A stretch of DNA of 64,000 nucleotides. It comes from Candidatus Falkowbacteria bacterium. GTDB lineage: Bacteria; Patescibacteriota; Patescibacteriia; Patescibacteriales; UBA12465. Each line of letters begins with the position of its first letter. Positions within the stretch are counted from its first letter, which is position 1. Of this stretch, positions 38,615-47,408 are shown in pieces. The stretch spans positions 8,127 to 72,126 of the forward strand of contig JAPLVZ010000012.1 in NCBI GenBank assembly GCA_026396805.1. The letters are read 5' to 3'. A program made the position numbers and the translations under genes. The notes under the pieces were generated by a model. The model saw nothing but the letters and a program-made list of their open reading frames with translations. It was not told where the DNA came from and searched no databases.

Positions 38615-39325
38615 ATGCATTTAAATTCTTTAAAGGATAGATTGAATAATCCTAAAATCTCAGTTATAGAAATTTCTCAAAGAAATTGTTTTATTGATTG
38701 GTTGCAGAAATTGGAATTACCCCGAGATAGCAAAGCTTTATCTGTTTCGGTTGGTGATGGAGTATGGGATTATCTAGCTTTTTCAAATAATAAAAATATA
38801 ACGAAGATTATCGCCACTGATATAGTCGAAAATCCCGTCAATCAAGATGATGTCGCGGCTCTTAACACTATCGGGAAATGGGAATTTGAGAAAGTTTCAG
38901 CAGAAAAACCGTTACCATTTCCCGCCGAATCCTTTAATTTAATATTTCATCAAGATGTTATTGAACACGTTGAAAAACCGTTCTTATTCCTTTCCGAACA
39001 GTACAGAGTTTTGAGAAAAGGTGGAACACTAATATTTGGCACACCAAATTTATTTAGACCAGCCAATCTACTGAAATTGATTTTCGGAAAATTAAAATTT
39101 CCTGTCAAAATCGGTTATAATTTAGAAATAGGAGATTATATACATATCCAGGAATTTTATGAGCAACAGGTCAAGATATTACTTCAAGAAGTTGGGTTTG
39201 AAAATATTGCTGTTAAATATTGTTTTTTTGGAATTCATCCATTAAACATAACGGTAAGCAAATATCCAACAAGTAAAATCGGGAGAAGTCTGTGCCATTA
39301 TTTAATGTTCAACTGCCGCAAATAG
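38615..39325 (+). CDS. Class I SAM-dependent methyltransferase
   Basis: FNLIFHQDVIEHVEKP and LRKGGTLIFGTP are typical of the Methyltransf_11/23 type. The ATG at 38615 is preferred to the GTG at 38609. Confidence 0.75.
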   Translation: MHLNSLKDRLNNPKISVIEISQRNCFIDWLQKLELPRDSKALSVSVGDGVWDYLAFSNNKNITKIIATDIVENPVNQDDVAALNTIGKWEFEKVSAEKPLPFPAESFNLIFHQDVIEHVEKPFLFLSEQYRVLRKGGTLIFGTPNLFRPANLLKLIFGKLKFPVKIGYNLEIGDYIHIQEFYEQQVKILLQEVGFENIAVKYCFFGIHPLNITVSKYPTSKIGRSLCHYLMFNCRK

Positions 39326-39373
39326 TAATTTAAAGTAGCTTACCGCCAAATGTTAAAATGAAATAATTTTTTT

Positions 39374-40210
39374 ATGAATCCTTTAGTTTCCGTGGTAATT
39401 ACCACTAAAAACGAAGAACCCAATATTGAAAATTGTCTAAGGTCGATTAAAGACCAGGCTTATTCTAATCTGGAAGTTATCGTCGTGGATAATAATTCTA
39501 GTGATCAGACTAAAGAAATTGCCGGTCAGTATACGAAATTAGTCTTTGATTTATCAAAAGAGACTGATTTGATAGAAATTAAAAATTATCGCGGCGCCCA
39601 ATTAAATTTTGGCGTCGGTCGAGCTAAAGGAGAAATTATTTTTTTCCCCGATGCAGATATGACTTTTTCCAAAGATTTGATAATGGAGGCGACAAAAAAA
39701 TTGAAAGAGTTTGACGCTCTTTATGTTCCAGAGATTATTTGTGGGAAAAGGCTCTTTGGCAAAATCAGAAATTTTGAAAGAAGTTTTTATAACAAAACTT
39801 GTATTGACGGAATCAGAATAATAAAAAAAGATTTGTTTCTAAAAGTTGGAGGATTCGATGTCAAGAATATCGTTTTTGGCCCTGATGACTGGGATTTCAC
39901 TAAAACATTGAAACGGATAAATTGTAACCTAGAAATTACAGATCAGGTATTGTATCATCATGAAGAATGGTTAACTTTAAAAGTTTATTTAAATAAGAAG
40001 AGTAAGTATGTCAGCACTTTCGACGGTTACGTAAATAAATGGGGTAAGAATGATAATGATATTAAAAAACAACTTGGCTTCAGTTATCGATATTTTGGGG
40101 TATTTTTTGAGAATGGCAAATGGAAAAAAATTATTAAGCACCCTATTTTAAGTGCCGGTATGTATGTAATAAGATTTTTAGTTGGGTTAAAGTTTGTATT
40201 TCGGTCATAA
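39374..40210 (+). CDS. GT2 glycosyltransferase
   Basis: VSVVITTKNEEPNIENCLRSI, VVDNNSSD and FPDADM (DxD) motifs. Confidence 0.8.
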   Translation: MNPLVSVVITTKNEEPNIENCLRSIKDQAYSNLEVIVVDNNSSDQTKEIAGQYTKLVFDLSKETDLIEIKNYRGAQLNFGVGRAKGEIIFFPDADMTFSKDLIMEATKKLKEFDALYVPEIICGKRLFGKIRNFERSFYNKTCIDGIRIIKKDLFLKVGGFDVKNIVFGPDDWDFTKTLKRINCNLEITDQVLYHHEEWLTLKVYLNKKSKYVSTFDGYVNKWGKNDNDIKKQLGFSYRYFGVFFENGKWKKIIKHPILSAGMYVIRFLVGLKFVFRS

Positions 40211-40224
40211 TTTTGAATTATTTT

Positions 40225-41235
40225 ATGTTTGATTTGAAGTTTAGCGTCTTGTTGCCAACTTATAATGGCGCCAAGGTCATAGAAGAAACATTAAAAAGCC
40301 TTTTATCTCAAGGGTTTGATAATTTTGAAGTTATAGTACAAGATGACGCTTCAAAAGATAATATTGAAGAAATAATTAAGGCCGTTAATGATAAAAGAAT
40401 ACTTTTCTATAAAAATACGGCCAACTTGGGTTATCCAAAAAATTTGGAAAGTTTGCGAAAAAAAGCTTCAGGTGATATAATTTTTTTACTCGGGCAAGAC
40501 GATATTTTAGCGACGGGAGCCCTAATGAACACCTATAAAGCTTTTAAAATATCTGAAGACATTGGTGCCGTTACCAGACCTTATTATTGGTTCGATAAAG
40601 ACGTGAGAATCCCCGTGCGTGCCAAAGGTCAGCTGAACAAAGACAAAGACGAAGTGGTCAATATTACCGATGAAGCTGGGAGGGTAATAAAAGTTTTTCA
40701 AACATTGGATCAATTATCAGGTTTGGCCTTGCGGAAAAAGTATATAGACCTGCCGTTCCATCCCGATATTTTTCCTTGTCATGTTTACCCCTTTGCCTCA
40801 ATTTTTAAAAAGTATCCGATTGTTTTTTTAAAAGATTATAATTTGGCGGTTAGAATTAGTTCCAGCCAAACTCGGTTAATTTCTTCAATTTATGATAAAT
40901 CGCCCATCCAAAGCTGGAAAGACATGTTTGTTAGTGTTTTTTATGAGCCAGAGTTTAAAAAAATAAGAGAAGAGTGTATACGAAATTTTGTCGCCGTTAA
41001 TTATGTTGGCTTAGTGCAAATAAGAAATTATGCAAAATTTCGATATTTGTTGAGAGAAACATGGTATTTAGTAAAATATCGCTGGCAAAATATTTTTAGT
41101 TTACAATTTTGGTTTTTTAGTTTAGGGTGTTTAATAATGCCTTCGTCTTTACTAATCCCGTTAGTTGATTGGTATAAAGAAAAGATAAATTCCCGGAGAT
41201 TAAAAGGGAAGGCGCAGTGCGTGTCGTTGTCATGA
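40225..41235 (+). CDS. GT2 glycosyltransferase
   Basis: FSVLLPTYNGAKVI, VQDDASKD and LGQDD motifs. The ATG at 40225 is preferred to the TTG at 40213. Confidence 0.75.
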   Translation: MFDLKFSVLLPTYNGAKVIEETLKSLLSQGFDNFEVIVQDDASKDNIEEIIKAVNDKRILFYKNTANLGYPKNLESLRKKASGDIIFLLGQDDILATGALMNTYKAFKISEDIGAVTRPYYWFDKDVRIPVRAKGQLNKDKDEVVNITDEAGRVIKVFQTLDQLSGLALRKKYIDLPFHPDIFPCHVYPFASIFKKYPIVFLKDYNLAVRISSSQTRLISSIYDKSPIQSWKDMFVSVFYEPEFKKIREECIRNFVAVNYVGLVQIRNYAKFRYLLRETWYLVKYRWQNIFSLQFWFFSLGCLIMPSSLLIPLVDWYKEKINSRRLKGKAQCVSLS

Positions 41236-41289
41236 TGTTTTCTAAATATCATTCGTTTTAATTAGAATTATTTTTAAAATTAATATATT

Positions 41290-42771
41290 ATGTCCGATGA
41301 CAATTTAGAAGATTTATACAATTCTAAATATTATGAACTGGGTGAATTCGGATTTGAGGATAAAGGGCGTCCTGATTTTATTTTGAATTTTGTAAAAATT
41401 AAACCCGCCGATAGAGTGCTGGAAGTCGGTTGTGGTTTGGGCGTTTTATTGAAACAAATCCCATCCGAAAATAAAATCGGCGTAGAAACTAATGATTTCG
41501 CAATCGAAAAATGCCTGCAGAAAGGGTTAACAGTTATAAAAGCGGATGCGGAAAAGAGATTGCCGTTTGAAGATTCATCTTTTGATGTGGTGATATTAAT
41601 CGAAGTGATTGAGCATTTGCATAAACCGGGGCCAGTGCTTAAAGAATGTTTTAGAGTTCTATCTTCTAATGGCCGAATTTTCATGACTACGCCCATCCGT
41701 AGCTTTTTTGCTCATAATCTTGCTGAGACCCATTTCTCTGAGATGACGGTTAAAGAGCTGAGAGAATTAGTTGAAAAATGCGGATTTCAAGTTTTAGCTC
41801 ATAAAGCCTGCGGGATTTCCTTTCTTTACCCGATGTTAGAAAATATATTTTTCAAACCTTTTAGGGTTTTAAGATTTGGTTTTAAAGGAAAAAGAGAAAA
41901 AGCAACTGGATTAATCGATTCTTGTCACGCCCTGGCCGATAAAACTCTTTTAAAGCCATTAAATATTTATCGAAAGAGATTTTTAGGTTTGGGCATAAAC
42001 CAGTTAATATTTGCTCAAAAGAATAAGGAAAGTATTGAGTTGTATGATCAAAAATACTATCAAATGCATGAATTTGTTTTCAAAACCGAGGAACGAACTG
42101 ATTATAAGCGTATATTAGAATTATTAAACCCAGAACCTGACGATAAAGTCTTGGAAATAGGGTGCGGATTTGGGGTTTTGCTAAAAAAAATTTTTGCAAA
42201 AAAAAAGATAGGAATAGAGACAAATGACACTGCTATTGAAGAATGCCGGAAGCGAGGTATTTCTGTTATAAAAGCTGATGTTGAGAAAGGGCTACCTTTT
42301 GAGAGTTCATCCTTTAGTATTGTGATTATGAATGAAGTAATCGCCCATTTAAGAAACCCTAAGTTTGTACTTGACGAATGTTTTCGCGTTTTAATGCCAA
42401 AGGGAAAGATTATAATAACTACTCCAGCGCGAAATTTATTTTTTAGAAATATTTCTCAAACCCATCTCTCCGAGATGACAATTAAAGAAACAAGGGCACT
42501 ATTTGAAAAATGCGGATTTCAAATTTTAGCTCATGAAGTATGTGGCATTTCTTTTCTTTATCCGCTGTTAGAAAATATATTTTTTAAACCTTTTAGGGTT
42601 TTAAGATTCGCTTTCAAGGAAAAACAGAACGGAGCGGGTACCTTAATAGATTCCTGTCACAGGATAGCCGACAGTACGATTTTAAAACCACTCAGTTATT
42701 ACCGGAAGCATTTCTTGGGACTTGGCTTAAATCAACTTATATTTGCTCAAAAAGATAAAACTAAGATTTAA
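41290..42771 (+). CDS. Tandem di-domain SAM methyltransferase (an internal duplication of a ~245-aa unit)
   Basis: Both halves carry VLE[VI]GCG[LF]GVLLK, a D/E-x-SFD motif and the tail CGISFLYP[ML]LENIFFKPFRVLRF. The halves align end to end. Confidence 0.8.
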   Translation: MSDDNLEDLYNSKYYELGEFGFEDKGRPDFILNFVKIKPADRVLEVGCGLGVLLKQIPSENKIGVETNDFAIEKCLQKGLTVIKADAEKRLPFEDSSFDVVILIEVIEHLHKPGPVLKECFRVLSSNGRIFMTTPIRSFFAHNLAETHFSEMTVKELRELVEKCGFQVLAHKACGISFLYPMLENIFFKPFRVLRFGFKGKREKATGLIDSCHALADKTLLKPLNIYRKRFLGLGINQLIFAQKNKESIELYDQKYYQMHEFVFKTEERTDYKRILELLNPEPDDKVLEIGCGFGVLLKKIFAKKKIGIETNDTAIEECRKRGISVIKADVEKGLPFESSSFSIVIMNEVIAHLRNPKFVLDECFRVLMPKGKIIITTPARNLFFRNISQTHLSEMTIKETRALFEKCGFQILAHEVCGISFLYPLLENIFFKPFRVLRFAFKEKQNGAGTLIDSCHRIADSTILKPLSYYRKHFLGLGLNQLIFAQKDKTKI

Positions 42772-42833
42772 CTCAGTTCTCATGAAAACGACAAAATTTA
42801 CAAGTATAAAATTTATTTAATTAATAATAATTT

Positions 42834-43940
42834 ATGAACAATGAAAAAATAGTTTTATTTTATCCTCATGTCCCGGAGGCGGCAAGAGAAGAGGCCAGGA
42901 AAATATTAGATACGCGTTGGATTGGGCAAGGGCCAAAGGTTGATGAATTTGAGAATGTTTGGTTTGACCAAATTTCTCATCCTAATAAAGCAGTAGCGGT
43001 CGGTTCAGGAACCGATGCCCTTCATCTAGCCTACATTTTGGCCGGTGTCGGCAAAGGAGATGAGGTTATCACCCCTGTTTTTACCTGTACTGCTACTAAT
43101 ACCCCAATTTTTTACCAAGGCGCAAAACCAGTTTTTGCTGATATCAAGCCAGAAAGTCTCAATATCGACGTAAAGAGCGTTGAAAAATTAGTTAATGAGC
43201 GAACGAAAGCTATTGTTTGTGTTGACTATGGCGGACTCCCGGCTGATTTGGATGAACTTCAAGCCATTGCTGACAAATGGCACATCCCTCTTATTGAAGA
43301 TGCGTGTCAGGCTCATGGAGCAATGTATAAAGGGCGTTACGTTGGTAGCATTTCCGACTTTACTGCATTTTCATTCCAGGCAATTAAAATTATTACTACC
43401 TGTGACGGTGGGATGCTAACGCTAAAAAATTCTGAGTTAGAAGATAAGGCGAAAAGAATCAGATGGTTTGGGATAGATAGGCAAGCAAAAATAGCTGATC
43501 GTTGGAAAAATGATATTATTGAAGTCGGCTATAAATATCAAATGACGGATATTTCGGCGGCCATGGGCTTAGAAGCAATGAAAATATTACCACAAACATT
43601 AGCACATCATCGAGAACTTTTTGAGGCATATCGCGAAGGTTTGAGGGGAATCCCCGGAATTACTTTTATCGGTGACGACGATGACCATCGGTCATCATGC
43701 TGGTTGTGTACTGTCTTAGTAGAAAGAAGAGAGGACTTAAAAAAGAAACTAGCCGAAAATGGGATAGAAAGTAACCAAGTCCATTACAGAAATGATATGT
43801 ATACGGTCTTTGGGGGCCGAGTTTCACATTGTCCTAATATGGATAAAATTGAAAGCAAGTATTTAGTTTTACCAATACATTATTTTCTCCAAGTAGAGGA
43901 CATTAAAAGAATATGCGCCGTAATTAAAAGTGGTTGGTAG
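42834..43940 (+). CDS. DegT/DnrJ/EryC1/StrS-family sugar aminotransferase
   Basis: 368 aa. GSGTDALHLA and the Lys region FSFQAIKIITTCDGG (PLP site) are present. Confidence 0.88.
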   Translation: MNNEKIVLFYPHVPEAAREEARKILDTRWIGQGPKVDEFENVWFDQISHPNKAVAVGSGTDALHLAYILAGVGKGDEVITPVFTCTATNTPIFYQGAKPVFADIKPESLNIDVKSVEKLVNERTKAIVCVDYGGLPADLDELQAIADKWHIPLIEDACQAHGAMYKGRYVGSISDFTAFSFQAIKIITTCDGGMLTLKNSELEDKAKRIRWFGIDRQAKIADRWKNDIIEVGYKYQMTDISAAMGLEAMKILPQTLAHHRELFEAYREGLRGIPGITFIGDDDDHRSSCWLCTVLVERREDLKKKLAENGIESNQVHYRNDMYTVFGGRVSHCPNMDKIESKYLVLPIHYFLQVEDIKRICAVIKSGW

Positions 43941-43966
43941 TTCTAGCCTACTCTAAATATTTGCTT

Positions 43967-44875
43967 ATGAGCGATAGGGAACGTCTAAAGGTTTCTGTAG
44001 TCATACCAACCTTCAATTTGCGGGATGTCTTATTGCAATGTCTAGAATCAATAACTAAGCAGGATTATCCATTAACGGAGATTATCGTAGTTGATAATGC
44101 TTCTACGGACGGAACGAGCGACGCGGTAGCGCAAAAATTTCCTCAAGTAATCCTCATAAAAAATCCGATCAATTTAGGTGTTACTGGTGGGGTGAATACT
44201 GGTCTTGAGCAAGCCACCGGAGATTACATCTGGTTCGTTGATCATGATAATATTTTTTTACAGGATACGCTTTCGGAAATGGTATTATTGGCTGAAACTG
44301 ATTCAAAGATTGGTATCGTTGTCCCTAAAATTTATTATTGGGAGAATAAAAATATTATCTGGGCGGCGGGAACGGGAATGAATATGATTATTGGATCTAA
44401 CACCTCCAGATCCGGATTAGATATCGGCCAATATGAAAAAATCGAAGAAGTCCAAATCGCGCCCGCTAATTTTTTGGTAAGAAGATCTGTTATCAACGGA
44501 ATAGGATTCTATGACAACCTATATTGTATTTCTTATGAGGATGCAGATTTTTCATTTCGTACCCGAGAAGCTGGCTTTAAAATAGTATATACGCCCAAAG
44601 CTGTTTGTTACCACATGATACCACTCCTTAACAAGGAGAGTGGAAAGAAGCGTTGGCTAAGTCGGGCATATTGGGCGGCCAGAAACAAGATTATTTTTAT
44701 GAGAAAGTATTCACCATTTTTTCCTCTCTTTATCACTCTTTATCCAATTTGGTTCAGTATTTATACATATCAGGCCATTAGATATGGTAGTTTCAATGAT
44801 CTCCGTAATTTCTACACAGGCATAATATCCGGGCTTAAGTGGGCATTTTTTGATTACAAAAAGTCAATTAAATAA
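43967..44875 (+). CDS. GT2 glycosyltransferase
   Basis: VSVVIPTFNLRDVL, VVDNASTDGT and FVDHDN motifs. The ATG at 43967 is preferred. Confidence 0.8.
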   Translation: MSDRERLKVSVVIPTFNLRDVLLQCLESITKQDYPLTEIIVVDNASTDGTSDAVAQKFPQVILIKNPINLGVTGGVNTGLEQATGDYIWFVDHDNIFLQDTLSEMVLLAETDSKIGIVVPKIYYWENKNIIWAAGTGMNMIIGSNTSRSGLDIGQYEKIEEVQIAPANFLVRRSVINGIGFYDNLYCISYEDADFSFRTREAGFKIVYTPKAVCYHMIPLLNKESGKKRWLSRAYWAARNKIIFMRKYSPFFPLFITLYPIWFSIYTYQAIRYGSFNDLRNFYTGIISGLKWAFFDYKKSIK

Positions 44876-44884
44876 AGAAATAAA

Positions 44885-45736
44885 ATGAAAAAAATAGATT
44901 TAAAAAAAATTTTTAAAACCCACGGAAAAGTAGATGATGAAAATGGTATTTTTTTCGAACAACTTGTCGGCTTAGGTTTCAGGAAAATTTCCGATATAAT
45001 AATAAATCGTTTAAAAAATTCTAAAATAACACCAAACCAAATCACTATCGCTCGTTCTTTAATTTTGTTGCCAATAATTTTCTATTTTTTTTCCCGAGGG
45101 GACCAGCTGAGTAGTATTATCGGTTTTGTCTGCGCTATGGTGAATTCTTTATTCGATGTATTGGATGGCCAATTAGCTAGAGCAAAATCAATCGTCAGCA
45201 AGTTAGGCGCTTTTTTGGATGATATCTCAGACCGATTAACTTCCTATTTGGTATTTACCGCCATAATATTAGGGGCCTACCGCGTAACGCAGAATAATAA
45301 TATATTAATAATGGGAGTTTTTGTTTTATTTTTTCATGGGATGCTGGCGGTTATCTCAGAAAAATACGGCCTAGCCTTCGGAGGGTATGAAGCTTTTTTC
45401 GGTCTTAGGATAAAGGAGGCCGTGCTGAATAATGAAAAATCAACCTGGTTAGATAAACTATTCTTAAATTTATTTGGATTTTATTCAGTCCCGTCTTACC
45501 TATTTTTTGCCGTGCGATATCAATTACTGCTAGGCGTAATTTTTAATATTATGCCCTATGTAATTTTTTATTGGGTTTTTGCATTTGCATTTCGTGCCGT
45601 TTTTCTATTTATTTTATATACATATATTGTAAGAGAAAGAAATACGGGAGTTTTTTTTATAAATGAATTGAGGAAAATATACGCCGAAAATATGAAATTA
45701 GAAGAGACAAATTTAGGAAATAAATATGGTGAATAA
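44885..45736 (+). CDS. CDP-alcohol phosphatidyltransferase-family membrane enzyme
   Basis: Signature DVLDGQLARAKSIVSKLGAFLDDISD matches D-x2-D-G-x2-A-R-x8-G-x3-D-x3-D. The protein is polytopic. Confidence 0.85.
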   Translation: MKKIDLKKIFKTHGKVDDENGIFFEQLVGLGFRKISDIIINRLKNSKITPNQITIARSLILLPIIFYFFSRGDQLSSIIGFVCAMVNSLFDVLDGQLARAKSIVSKLGAFLDDISDRLTSYLVFTAIILGAYRVTQNNNILIMGVFVLFFHGMLAVISEKYGLAFGGYEAFFGLRIKEAVLNNEKSTWLDKLFLNLFGFYSVPSYLFFAVRYQLLLGVIFNIMPYVIFYWVFAFAFRAVFLFILYTYIVRERNTGVFFINELRKIYAENMKLEETNLGNKYGE

Positions 45737-47408
45737 TCAAAAAGAGGCCAACCTAAAGATAGTATCGGTTATTATTCCGACTTTAAATCGCGCGACAGAA
45801 GTAGCAGATTGTATTAACTCTGTTTTACAGTCTGAATATCAAGACCTAGAGATAATAGTCGTTGACAATGCCTCGGCTGATAATACCGTGAATTTAATTA
45901 ATGATAATTTTAGTAGTAATTCTAAAATTAAATTAATTAGGAGTAAAACAAATTTAGGCGCTGCGGGAGGCAGGAATTTAGGAGCCAAACAGGCCAGCGG
46001 CGAATATCTACTTTTTGTTGACAGCGATAATATTATTGATAATAGGGCGATAACTAATCTGGTCAGTTTTTTTGAAAAAAACAGTGATTGTGGAATGGTC
46101 GGGCCGTTAATGCTTTATAAAGATGATCCGAACACTATTTGGTTAAGTTTCGCTGATATTAATATGGTGACTAGCCAGGCTAAATATCGGGGAACGGGCG
46201 AAAAAAGATCAAAAGAGTTGCCAGAAATAATAGAAGTCGGCCATTTGCCCAATTGTTTTATGGTCAGCAGGGAAGATTTTGAAAGAGTTAATAAGTTTGA
46301 TGAGCGGTATTTTATCATGTATGAGGAGGCGGATTTAGCGGCTAGAATAAAAAAAATTCTGGGTAAAAAGATTTTTTTGTATTCGCCGGCGCTTGTTTAT
46401 CATAACGTACATTTGCCGAACAAAGATCAACCCGTTAATTTTGGCTTTAACTCGGCATATCGCGCTTATCTAACTGCCAGAAACAGGGTTTATTTCATGA
46501 AAAAGAATGCCTCTTGGCTGCAATTTTTAGTTTTTTCTCTAATTTTTAATCCGCTTATTTTTTTGTATTATGAGTTCATGCTGTTAAAACGTGGTGATTT
46601 TAAAAAAGCCTGGGCGTACGCCAACGGAAACTTTGTTGGTTTTTTAAAGATGCCGAAGATTCAAACGCAGAATATTTCGGCCGAACTTGAATTTTTTGAT
46701 AGAATTGCCGCCGAGCACGGCGGCATGGATACTATCTCTGAAGAAGCTTATGAAATAATTTTTAATAAAATAAAGCCTTATCTGAGAGGCAGTTTATTAG
46801 AGGCGGGATGCGGTTCCGGTCCTTTCGGTTTAAAGATAAAACAAAATTTTTTAAATATTAGTATTACCGGAGTTGATATCAATAAAAAATTTATAGACCT
46901 AGCTGAGAGGACCGGAGTATATAATAAGCTAATTTGCGCCAATTTAGAAAATAAAGATATTTTTTTCTCTAACTCCTTTGAAGTAATTATTTGTCCGTAT
47001 ACCGTTCACCATTTTCCGGACATCAGCCAAGTCATTAATAATTTTTTTTATTGGTTAAAACCGGGCGGTTATTTATTACTAATTGAACCTAATGGCTCTA
47101 ATTTAGTTTTGCGCCTTAGTTATTGGTTAAGAATAATTTTATCAAAATTTATAAATATTAAAACCTGGGCTTCAGTTAATGAATCTCATAAGTCAGTTTC
47201 TGAATTAACGGCTAATTTGAATAATTTTAAAATTTGTTCCATAGATTCTTTCGCCCTTCAGGCCAGGAGAAAAGCCAGATTATCGCTTCTTAACCCTATC
47301 AGTATTTTGGCATTTATTCAAAAAATATTGTTGGAATTTTATCAATATTGTCCGTTTGTTAAATTCGGTGGCTCCGATCTAATTATTATTGCTAAAAAGA
47401 ATGAATAA
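45726..47408 (+). CDS. GT2 glycosyltransferase fused to a SAM methyltransferase
   Basis: N-terminal VSVIIPTLNRATEV, VVDNASADNT and FVDSDN motifs. C-terminal LLEAGCGSGPFGLKI methyltransferase motif I. Confidence 0.8.
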   Translation: MVNNQKEANLKIVSVIIPTLNRATEVADCINSVLQSEYQDLEIIVVDNASADNTVNLINDNFSSNSKIKLIRSKTNLGAAGGRNLGAKQASGEYLLFVDSDNIIDNRAITNLVSFFEKNSDCGMVGPLMLYKDDPNTIWLSFADINMVTSQAKYRGTGEKRSKELPEIIEVGHLPNCFMVSREDFERVNKFDERYFIMYEEADLAARIKKILGKKIFLYSPALVYHNVHLPNKDQPVNFGFNSAYRAYLTARNRVYFMKKNASWLQFLVFSLIFNPLIFLYYEFMLLKRGDFKKAWAYANGNFVGFLKMPKIQTQNISAELEFFDRIAAEHGGMDTISEEAYEIIFNKIKPYLRGSLLEAGCGSGPFGLKIKQNFLNISITGVDINKKFIDLAERTGVYNKLICANLENKDIFFSNSFEVIICPYTVHHFPDISQVINNFFYWLKPGGYLLLIEPNGSNLVLRLSYWLRIILSKFINIKTWASVNESHKSVSELTANLNNFKICSIDSFALQARRKARLSLLNPISILAFIQKILLEFYQYCPFVKFGGSDLIIIAKKNE

